IMG/VR virus record: IMGVR_UViG_3300042889_000724
Location: 1-62,036 of that record
From: a virus
Taxonomy: Duplodnaviria; Caudoviricetes
Length of the DNA stretch: 62,036 nucleotides
Direction: 5' to 3' (one strand)
Made by a program: the position numbers and the translations under genes. Under the pieces are notes generated by a model. It saw only the letters and a list, made by a program, of their open reading frames with translations. It did no database searches and was not told where the DNA came from. How positions within the stretch are numbered: position 1 is the first letter of the stretch; each line of letters begins with the position of its first letter. Positions 9,835-17,025 of this stretch are shown one piece after another.

Positions 9835-11254
9835 GTGGGGAATCTCTGCAGGAGCACATGATGCTGCATTGACTGTTGTTGGTGGGGATGAGATTCTTTT
9901 CGCATCACATGCCGAGAGATATAGTGGTGTCAAAAATGACAAGCACCTAAATGCTGATCTGATCACTGCAGCATTGAAGTTTGGTAAACCAGAAAAGATA
10001 CATTGGTATGAGAAACCAAAACTACGAGCAATGCGCAGACTACTTTCGGGGCAAGGACTAGTTCGTTTCAGTGTTCGGCGATATCTAGAGGATGAATTTG
10101 GACTCCAAGTTCCTGTTGAATTTGCATCTCACCACGAGTCACATGCTGCAGCAGGTTTCTATACTTCTCAGTTTGAATCTGCAACTGCTCTAGTAATTGA
10201 TGCTATCGGTGAATTCGATACAGCATCTATTTGGTTGTGTGACAGCGAGAAGATGAAGAAGAAGTGGAGTATGGATTATCCGAAATCTCTTGGATTGTTT
10301 TATTCCGCTATAACAGACAGAGTTGGATTGAAACCAAACGAAGATGAGTATATTCTCATGGGTATGGCAGCGTATGGTAATCCCAACAAGCACTATTGGG
10401 ACATGCGCGAACTATATGAGCGAACTAATTTGCATCGTGGTTGTAGGTGGTGGTTGAAAAACGAAGATCCTGATCACTATGATCTTGCTGCCTCTGCGCA
10501 GAAGATTTATGAAGAAGAATTCGATAAACTGCTCCGTCGTGCCAAGGAAATAGACCCTCTACAAAATAATCTAGTTTTATCAGGGGGTTGCGCACTTAAC
10601 TGCTCTGCGAATCATATCGCTTTGAAATACTTCAAGAATGTATGGATTATCCCGAATCCAGGAGACGCTGGTAGTTCTCTTGGTGCTATTGCTGCAAACA
10701 ACCGCAGAAAACTAAACTGGCAAGGTCCATATCTCGGCGAGAATATTGATACTGAATATCCTGTAGAAAAACTATTGACTTCTTTGCGAGAAGAGGGTAT
10801 AGTGGGTGTTGCTAATGGAAAAGCAGAGTTTGGTCCGAGAGCATTTGGTAACCGAAGTCTTCTTGCTGATCCAACTAGACCAGAGATTAAGGACAGAGTA
10901 AATGCAATCAAGCGCAGACAAAAGTTTAGACCATTCGCACCAGTCATCCTTGAGCAACATGCAGCAGAGTATTTTGACATACCAGTTGAAGTATCCCCTT
11001 ACATGCAATTTACTGCAAGATGTAAATTTCCTACAAAGTTCCCTGCTATCATTCACGTTGATGGCACATCTCGCGTCCAAACTGTAAACGAGCAGCAGCA
11101 TCCAGGACTATTTGAATTGCTGACAAGATGGTATAAAGAAACTGGTTGTCCGATGTTACTCAATACCAGTCTGAACATAAAAGGGTTTCCGATGGTAAAT
11201 GATAAAAAAGATGCTGCAATGTTCCAAAACATCTATAATGTGGAAGTATTTTAA
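9827..11254 (+). CDS. Carbamoyltransferase, NodU/CmcH/TobZ family
   Basis: HDAA, ERYS, HHESHAA, DAIGE, MGMAAYG, SGGCALN, EFGPRAFGNRS, FRPFAP, HVDGTSRVQTV, LNTSLN. Confidence 0.95.
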   Translation: MIEWGISAGAHDAALTVVGGDEILFASHAERYSGVKNDKHLNADLITAALKFGKPEKIHWYEKPKLRAMRRLLSGQGLVRFSVRRYLEDEFGLQVPVEFASHHESHAAAGFYTSQFESATALVIDAIGEFDTASIWLCDSEKMKKKWSMDYPKSLGLFYSAITDRVGLKPNEDEYILMGMAAYGNPNKHYWDMRELYERTNLHRGCRWWLKNEDPDHYDLAASAQKIYEEEFDKLLRRAKEIDPLQNNLVLSGGCALNCSANHIALKYFKNVWIIPNPGDAGSSLGAIAANNRRKLNWQGPYLGENIDTEYPVEKLLTSLREEGIVGVANGKAEFGPRAFGNRSLLADPTRPEIKDRVNAIKRRQKFRPFAPVILEQHAAEYFDIPVEVSPYMQFTARCKFPTKFPAIIHVDGTSRVQTVNEQQHPGLFELLTRWYKETGCPMLLNTSLNIKGFPMVNDKKDAAMFQNIYNVEVF

Positions 11255-11265
11255 TAAATAGATCT

Positions 11266-11550
11266 ATGGCAGAGATACTCAAATTTCCTGATAAGTTTTA
11301 CGGGAAACGACTATACCGAATACCATTGTATTCGGATATGGACATTGACATTGTTTTATTCTGCGTTAATGCATTTGGTGAAACAGATAATCGTGTAATT
11401 ATTGACGATTTAATTAAGATGGATCCAGTTGATGTCATAAAATGTATTGACTTTTCGCTTGAATCAGAGTATATTTCTAATACTACGAAAGCGCATATTC
11501 AATGCATTCGTAAGTCGATTGAGGAAGTCCCCTTTAAACTTGAGAACTAA
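11266..11550 (+). CDS. Hypothetical protein
   Basis: 94-aa ORF in operon orientation with an AATAAATA late-promoter-like element just upstream. Confidence 0.65.
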   Translation: MAEILKFPDKFYGKRLYRIPLYSDMDIDIVLFCVNAFGETDNRVIIDDLIKMDPVDVIKCIDFSLESEYISNTTKAHIQCIRKSIEEVPFKLEN

Positions 11551-11556
11551 TATATT

Positions 11557-12096
11557 ATGAATATCTTTTACCTTGACCACGACGTCAAAACTTGTGCTAC
11601 ATATCACAATGATAAGCACGTTGTTAAAATGATTTTAGAGTATGCCCAATTACTGTCAACAGCACATCGTATGCTTGATGGTAAAGAATATATTGATGCC
11701 TCTTCTGGTCGACGCATAAAACGTTGGCGACTTGGTGATGAGAACATGGAGAATATACTTTACAAGGCATCACACATTAACCATCCCAGTGCTATTTGGG
11801 TTCGGCAGTCCAATAATAATTACAATTGGTTAATGTGTTTGTTGCAAGATCTGTTACAGGAATATACTTACCGATATGGCAAGATTCATGCGACTGATCG
11901 CTTAGTATACTGGTTGCGAAAACCACCTGCTAATATTCCTGTTGGTTATTTTACACAACCAACTCCTGCCATGCCCGACGAATACAAAGTTCCTGACTCT
12001 GTTCAGTCGTATCGTAACTATTATGTCGGCGCAAAAAAAACTATGGCAAAGTGGAAAAAACGTCCAATTCCAGAGTGGTGGAGCGATACAGTTTAA
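11557..12096 (+). CDS. Pyrimidine-dimer DNA glycosylase / endonuclease V-related protein
   Basis: MNIFYLD..DKHVVKMILEYAQLLSTAH..HINHPSAIW..NYNWL pattern. Confidence 0.7.
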   Translation: MNIFYLDHDVKTCATYHNDKHVVKMILEYAQLLSTAHRMLDGKEYIDASSGRRIKRWRLGDENMENILYKASHINHPSAIWVRQSNNNYNWLMCLLQDLLQEYTYRYGKIHATDRLVYWLRKPPANIPVGYFTQPTPAMPDEYKVPDSVQSYRNYYVGAKKTMAKWKKRPIPEWWSDTV

Positions 12097-12163
12097 TAAA
12101 TACTTACATGAGAACAAAAACACCAATCCCAATTTCAGATACCGAACTCCCTCGGTAACAAAT

Positions 12164-12195
12164 GGCGACTCCACCTGTGTGGCGTCGCCTTTTTT
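12164..12195 (+). terminator. Rho-independent terminator upstream of phoH
   Basis: GGCGAC-T-CCAC/CTGT/GTGG-C-GTCGCC followed by T6. Confidence 0.7.
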
Positions 12196-12226
12196 GTATT
12201 CACTCTAGTAAGAATAAGGACTGTTC

Positions 12227-12979
12227 ATGACGAGAAGAAAAAACAATCTCCAAGTTGTAACGAATTCTGAACCAAAGGTAACAATTGAAAAGAGTAAACT
12301 GTGCAAAGTTAAATATGAGGATCTACGAAATATCCAACCAAAGACACAGAATCAAAGACTCTTCTTCGATCTTTACAATCAACAGTCCACTGCAATGCTA
12401 CTACATGGTGTAGCAGGAACAGGCAAAACATTTATTTCCATGTATAAAGCACTTGAAGAAGTTCTGGATCCAACAACAGATTATGAACGTCTTGTTGTTG
12501 TGCGTTCAGCAGTACCATCAAGAGATATCGGACACCTTCCAGGTGACGAGAAGGAAAAAACAGAGGTCTATACTTTACCTTACGTTGAGATATGTGATGA
12601 CTTATTCAATCACATCCAACCCTTCCTGCGCATGCAGGAGCAAAAGACCGTTCATTTCCTAATCACCTCGTTCGTGCGTGGTATCACACTTGATAATTCA
12701 GTGATCATTGTTGACGAATGTCAGAACATGACTGACATGGAACTCAACTCTATAATGACACGTATCGGTAAAAACTCTAAGATCATCTTCTGTGGAGACT
12801 TCCGTCAAACCGACCTAAATAAAAAGAACGACATGTCAGGATTGCAAAAGTTTATCGCAATTGCTGAGATGATGCCATCATTTAAGACGGTTGAATTTTC
12901 CGTGAATGATATTGTCAGGTCAAAACTTGTCAAGGAGTATATCCTTGCTCGGTTAGAATATGAAGAAAAACATAATTAA
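12227..12979 (+). CDS. phoH: PhoH family ATPase
   Basis: GVAGTGKT Walker A, IGHLPG, RGITL, DECQN, TRIG, GDFRQTD, DIVRS. Confidence 0.95.
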   Translation: MTRRKNNLQVVTNSEPKVTIEKSKLCKVKYEDLRNIQPKTQNQRLFFDLYNQQSTAMLLHGVAGTGKTFISMYKALEEVLDPTTDYERLVVVRSAVPSRDIGHLPGDEKEKTEVYTLPYVEICDDLFNHIQPFLRMQEQKTVHFLITSFVRGITLDNSVIIVDECQNMTDMELNSIMTRIGKNSKIIFCGDFRQTDLNKKNDMSGLQKFIAIAEMMPSFKTVEFSVNDIVRSKLVKEYILARLEYEEKHN

Positions 12980-12983
12980 GGGC

Positions 12984-13011
12984 TTGACTTTTCTGTCAAT
13001 TATAGTATAAT
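12984..13011 (+). promoter_or_regulatory. Sigma70-type promoter
   Basis: TTGACT-16 nt-TATAAT; shares CTTGACTT...TATAGTATAA with the tmRNA promoter. Confidence 0.65.
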
Positions 13012-13017
13012 GGATAT

Positions 13018-13701
13018 ATGATGTTTGAAACAATATATGAATATGAAGATTTTGCCCAGTCAACTACGAGCGAAGATGGTGGTAGAGTTTATGTAAATGC
13101 CAGTGGCACTGCCTATCCCTCTGCCACCACCGTTCTTGGAGTTCTCTCTCGCGACTCTATCGCTGCTTGGCGAAAGCGTGTTGGCGAAGAAGAAGCAAAT
13201 AAGATTTCAAACAAAGCATCGACTCGTGGAACTAAGATTCACACGCTAACCGAAACGTATCTTAAGAACGAAAACGTTAGTGACAAGATTGATGAGGTCA
13301 AAGCGTCGATGCTCGATGTCGAGATGTTTAATAAATTCAAATCTATCCTAGATCCAATCAGTAACATTCATTGTCAGGAACTTGCGCTTTACAGTGATCA
13401 CCTGCGTATGGCAGGTCGAGTCGACTGTATTGCTGAGTATAACGGCAAACGTGCTGTCATCGACTTCAAGACTTCAAACAAGTCAAAGTCTAAATCATAT
13501 ATCGAGAGTTACTTCATGCAGACGGCAGCATATGCTATCATGTATGAAGAACGTACTGGTATTCCTGTTCCGTGGTTGGTAATCCTAATCGCAGTTGAAG
13601 ATGATGCTCCTCAGGTATTCATTGAAAAGCGTGACGACTGGGTGAAGAAACTTCTTCGCACTCGCGACTATTATGAAAATGGGTATTATACCAGTGAGTG
13701 A
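13018..13701 (+). CDS. PD-(D/E)XK (Cas4/RecB-like) exonuclease
   Basis: YPSATTVL, RGTKIH, GRVDC..IDFKT, YFMQ..AYA. Confidence 0.85.
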   Translation: MMFETIYEYEDFAQSTTSEDGGRVYVNASGTAYPSATTVLGVLSRDSIAAWRKRVGEEEANKISNKASTRGTKIHTLTETYLKNENVSDKIDEVKASMLDVEMFNKFKSILDPISNIHCQELALYSDHLRMAGRVDCIAEYNGKRAVIDFKTSNKSKSKSYIESYFMQTAAYAIMYEERTGIPVPWLVILIAVEDDAPQVFIEKRDDWVKKLLRTRDYYENGYYTSE

Positions 13702-13867
13702 ACTGTCCGAACAACGGATGGAAATTTGTAGGCAGTGTGAGTTTTTAAAAGCAAAACTCTGCATGAAATGTGGTTGCCTCATGCCAGCAAAAACCAAACT
13801 TAATCGTGCATCCTGTCCCATTGGTAAATGGGGTTCTGTAGGAAAAAAACTTCCTTGGGAAGCATAA
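13673..13867 (+). CDS. Small Cys-rich putative metal-binding protein
   Basis: RMEICRQC..CMKCGC..K..ASCPIGKW. Confidence 0.65.
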   Translation: MKMGIIPVSELSEQRMEICRQCEFLKAKLCMKCGCLMPAKTKLNRASCPIGKWGSVGKKLPWEA

Positions 13868-13872
13868 AACAC

Positions 13873-13903
13873 TTGACTTCCTACGTTAAGTATAGTATAA
13901 ATA
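13873..13903 (+). promoter_or_regulatory. Composite sigma70 and T4-late promoter of the tmRNA gene
   Basis: TTGACT-17 nt-TATAAA, where the -10 box is part of TATAAATA (13896-13903). Confidence 0.7.
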
Positions 13904-13910
13904 GAATATT

Positions 13911-14195
13911 AGTTGATGACAGTTGACAATAAAAGCGGAAAGACGAGGGTTCGACTCCCTCCACCTCCACCATGAGCACTGTTCCGATAGAGGGTTCAGT
14001 CGCCGAAAAGAGCAGTGCTCATGATGGGGGTGACCTTGGAATTCGATTTTCGTGTAATAGGAATACCGAGACTGATTGACTGGCAAAGCGCCACAAACTG
14101 TAAATGCAAACGATAACGTTGCCTTTGCTCTAGCTGCATAAGCTAGCATTGGGTTTTTGATAGTTTTTCCTCGAAACAGAATAAAACTATCAACC
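13911..14195 (+). ncRNA. ssrA: Circularly permuted (two-piece) tmRNA; tag ANDNVAFALAA (ends approximate)
   Basis: The T-arm and acceptor 3' strand GAGGGTTCGACTCCCTCCACCTCCACCA (ends 13972) precede the 5' strand GGGGGTG (starts 14026), giving a G3:U acceptor pair. Tag frame GCA AAC GAT AAC GTT GCC TTT GCT CTA GCT GCA TAA at 14106-14141. Confidence 0.93.
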
Positions 14196-14239
14196 GTTCG
14201 ATTAAACGGTTGAACCGAGTCTCACTGCGGTTCCATGCT

Positions 14240-14247
14240 TATAAATA
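14240..14247 (+). promoter_or_regulatory. T4-type late promoter
   Basis: TATAAATA. Confidence 0.55.
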
Positions 14248-14372
14248 TTTGCATAACCTACTATGCCTCTACTTGAAAAAGCACGCCTAGTAGGTTTTTT
14301 TATCTTCGGATAAGCAGTGTGGGGAGTCACTGGTTAATACCCTCTCAAGTTTAACAAGTACTAGGAAATAAG

Positions 14373-14978
14373 ATGACTTCCTTTAACAAGAAGTTTTTCA
14401 AGTTTCTTTCGATTTTTACAGTATTAGTATATAGTTTATATGGAATCAATTCATATGCTGAAGATGCTATCGAGAGAGATACAAGGGAATACTCCCTTGG
14501 CTTTGTAGAAGTAATCCAAGAGATTAAAGAAGATGCGGCAGAAGAAAAAAAGAAAACCGCATTAAGAAAAATTGAAACCCAAAACATACATTTAGCAAAT
14601 AATCGCGAATTGAAATGTCTAGCAGACAATATTTACTACGAGGCAGGAAACCAGTCAACTCAAGGAAAGTTGGCGGTTGCTGCAGTAACTATCAATCGCG
14701 TAAAAAGTCCCAAGTTCCCGAAGTCTGTATGCGCAGTCGTGTATCAGAGAACAAAGCGTGTTTGCCAGTTCTCATGGGTATGCGAAGGTAACAAGAGCAT
14801 ACGCAGTGCCCAGCAATATTCAGAATCTAAAAAAGTTGCTGAAAAAGTATTGCTTTCTGGGGCAAATCAGGGTATACTTGGACGTAACGTGCTATTCTAC
14901 CATGCGGATTATGTTAATCCGAGATGGAATCTGAAGCGTGTTGCAAAAATCGGTGATCACATTTTTTATGCAGGATAA
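14373..14978 (+). CDS. Cell wall hydrolase, SleB/Hydrolase_2 family, with N-terminal hydrophobic anchor
   Basis: CLADNIYYEAG..GKLAVA.VTINRV..CQFSW..FYHADYV.P.W..IGDHIFY. Confidence 0.9.
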   Translation: MTSFNKKFFKFLSIFTVLVYSLYGINSYAEDAIERDTREYSLGFVEVIQEIKEDAAEEKKKTALRKIETQNIHLANNRELKCLADNIYYEAGNQSTQGKLAVAAVTINRVKSPKFPKSVCAVVYQRTKRVCQFSWVCEGNKSIRSAQQYSESKKVAEKVLLSGANQGILGRNVLFYHADYVNPRWNLKRVAKIGDHIFYAG

Positions 14979-14983
14979 TAACT

Positions 14984-15259
14984 TTGAACATGGTAATGGA
15001 TGGTTCTGAAGTAACCAATGAATTTTTAATTACGAAAGAGTATAATACAGCAATAGAGTTCTCTCAATTCGTAGAGAAACAGTCATTCGAGAATGGTATT
15101 CCTTGTTTGGATATTCTTCTTGATTATTGTATCAAAAAAGATATTGAGATGGAGTCTGTTGCTGTATTACTCACCACTTCCCTAAAAGAAAAGATTCGAG
15201 CAGAAGCAGAAGAACTAAATATGCTAAAGCGAAAATCTGGCGGGAAATTACCACTTTAA
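14984..15259 (+). CDS. 33: Late transcription coactivator gp33
   Basis: IEMESVAVLLTTSLKEKIRAEAEELNMLK motif; directly upstream of gp59 as in T4-like phages. Confidence 0.8.
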   Translation: MNMVMDGSEVTNEFLITKEYNTAIEFSQFVEKQSFENGIPCLDILLDYCIKKDIEMESVAVLLTTSLKEKIRAEAEELNMLKRKSGGKLPL

Positions 15260-15861
15260 TGGAAGCGTATGAAGTTTATCGCCTCTACATGGCACTTAAA
15301 CTACATTTCACTACTGAGTCTTATGACATCACCAAAACCAAGGGTGCTGTCAAGTCATCAGAATCTGCCTTCTTAAAACGGAGAGATGTTTTCCTATTCA
15401 GGAAACTGGCGAAGAAGTTCGTCGCTCGTCAAGAAATTATCAACTACTTTGTTGCAAACTTTGCAGCAGGTGATAAGAACGGCGGCATCTTTAGTGCAGA
15501 TTCTGATGACATCTATGAGAAGTGGAAAGGTAGGCAAGATAGATTGTCTTACATGTTCACAGACGATATTAGTCGCTTATTACTAGAAGCAGAGAAGTCA
15601 GAGCAAGATCCTTTTGTATCTGTTAGCAATCAACATCCAATATTAATTAAGATGTTACTTGGTAAAAAAATTTCACTAGAAACAGTTATTATACTTGACA
15701 AACTACTAGATTTCAGGTATAATGTAACTACTGAATTATTGAACGATTTTATCTGGAATGATTTAAATCTTTTGATAATTAAGTACCGTCCGTTCGTTCG
15801 TATAGATCGAACGAAATTCTTTGAACTATGGAATAAGGAGAAAGGCCAAGTGGTCTGTTAG
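15259..15861 (+). CDS. 59: Helicase loader gp59
   Basis: Y.LYMALKLHFT..YD, HPILIK.LLGKKISLET, KYRPF; 33-59-32 synteny. Confidence 0.85.
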   Translation: MEAYEVYRLYMALKLHFTTESYDITKTKGAVKSSESAFLKRRDVFLFRKLAKKFVARQEIINYFVANFAAGDKNGGIFSADSDDIYEKWKGRQDRLSYMFTDDISRLLLEAEKSEQDPFVSVSNQHPILIKMLLGKKISLETVIILDKLLDFRYNVTTELLNDFIWNDLNLLIIKYRPFVRIDRTKFFELWNKEKGQVVC

Positions 15862-16035
15862 ATGAGTAACTCAAGAAGTAAAGACTACTACGGGTCTGAA
15901 CCCCGAGTAAAAGAAGTACGCAAGGGTGTTGATAAATCAAATAAGCACCGTAAGAACCTGTATAAATACTCTGGTAGTAATGATGCTGAAGAGCATGATG
16001 ACTACGATGATTATAATACAAATCGCAAATACTAA
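15862..16035 (+). CDS. 57-aa hypothetical protein, basic N-terminus and acidic C-terminus
   Basis: Not in ORF track. ATG immediately follows the gp59 stop; MSNSRSKDYYGSEPRVKEVRKG...DDYDDYNTNRKY. Confidence 0.6.
   Translation: MSNSRSKDYYGSEPRVKEVRKGVDKSNKHRKNLYKYSGSNDAEEHDDYDDYNTNRKY
15961..15968 (+). promoter_or_regulatory. T4-type late promoter upstream of gp32
   Basis: TATAAATA about 100 nt before the gp32 start. Confidence 0.5.
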
Positions 16036-16065
16036 ACATACAACGCAAATATAAGGACAATACAT

Positions 16066-16992
16066 ATGTCAAATAATACACTATCAGAACTCCGTAAAAA
16101 TCGCGGAAACTTCGACTCACTCATGAAAGCAGTTGAGTCAATCGCAAACCCATCAAATGAAAAGCGTGGCGACGATGATCGCTTCTGGAAACCAACTGTC
16201 GATAAGGCAGGTAATGGTCAAGCAGTGCTTCGTTTCCTCCCTGCTCCTGCAGGTGAAGAACTTCCTTGGGTTCGCGTCTTTGATCATGGTTTCCAGGGTC
16301 CAACTGGAAAGTGGTATATCGAAAACTCGTTGACCACAATCAACAAACCAGATCCAGTCGGCGAACTGAATTCCGAACTTTGGAACTCAGGTATCGAAGC
16401 GAATAAGGAAATCGCTCGTAAGCAAAAGCGTCGTCTTTCCTACATCTCCAACGTTCTTGTGGTTCGCGATCCCGCAAATCCTGAGAATGAAGGTAAGGTA
16501 TTCCTCTACAAGTATGGTAAGAAAATCTTTGACAAGATCAAGGATGTAATGCAACCAACCTTTGAAGACGAGAAACCAGTCAACCCATTTGACCTTTGGG
16601 AAGGTGCTAACTTCAAGTTGCGCATTCGTCAGGTTGAAGGTTATCGTAACTACGATAAGTCAGAATTCGATGGTCCAACTCCTCTTGACGAAGACGAGGA
16701 TAAGTTGGAGCAGGTCTGGAAGAATGCGCATTCACTTGCCACTTTCCTCGATCCTTCGAACTTCAAGTCATATGATGAACTGAAGGCGAAGATGAATACG
16801 GTTCTTACAGGTGGTGGTGCTCGTATGGCAACTGCTGAGAAGGTTAATCCGCTTGATGCTGAAGATGAACTGTTCGTTGAAACCAAGATGCGTAATGCAC
16901 CTGCTGCTAAGGCAACGGATGACAGTCCACCTTGGAAAGAAGACAGTGACGATGACACGATGAGTTACTTCTCGAGTCTCGCTGATGACTAA
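16066..16992 (+). CDS. 32: Single-stranded DNA-binding protein gp32
   Basis: DDRFWKP.VDKAGNG.AVLRFLPA, WYIENSLTT, KYGKKIFDKI, NYDKSEF, acidic tail. Confidence 0.95.
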   Translation: MSNNTLSELRKNRGNFDSLMKAVESIANPSNEKRGDDDRFWKPTVDKAGNGQAVLRFLPAPAGEELPWVRVFDHGFQGPTGKWYIENSLTTINKPDPVGELNSELWNSGIEANKEIARKQKRRLSYISNVLVVRDPANPENEGKVFLYKYGKKIFDKIKDVMQPTFEDEKPVNPFDLWEGANFKLRIRQVEGYRNYDKSEFDGPTPLDEDEDKLEQVWKNAHSLATFLDPSNFKSYDELKAKMNTVLTGGGARMATAEKVNPLDAEDELFVETKMRNAPAAKATDDSPPWKEDSDDDTMSYFSSLADD

Positions 16993-16997
16993 AAACT

Positions 16998-17020
16998 TGG
17001 GGGAGCGTTTCGCTCCCCCA
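16998..17020. terminator. Hairpin terminator between convergent gp32 and tape-measure-like gene
   Basis: TGGGGGAGCG-TTT-CGCTCCCCCA with AAAAA on the left and TTT on the right; likely bidirectional. Confidence 0.8.
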
Positions 17021-17025
17021 TTTCA

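Noticed and set aside
13018-13701. Cas4 as part of a CRISPR-Cas system
   Set aside because: No other cas genes or array; stand-alone PD-(D/E)XK nucleases are common in T4-like phages.
13942-13972. tRNA-Ala fragment or attP site
   Set aside because: It is fully explained as the acceptor piece of the permuted tmRNA, and no integrase is present in the window.
13886-14149. 87-aa minus-strand ORF
   Set aside because: Antisense to the tmRNA; WWRWRESNP is the typical translation of a reverse-complemented T-arm.
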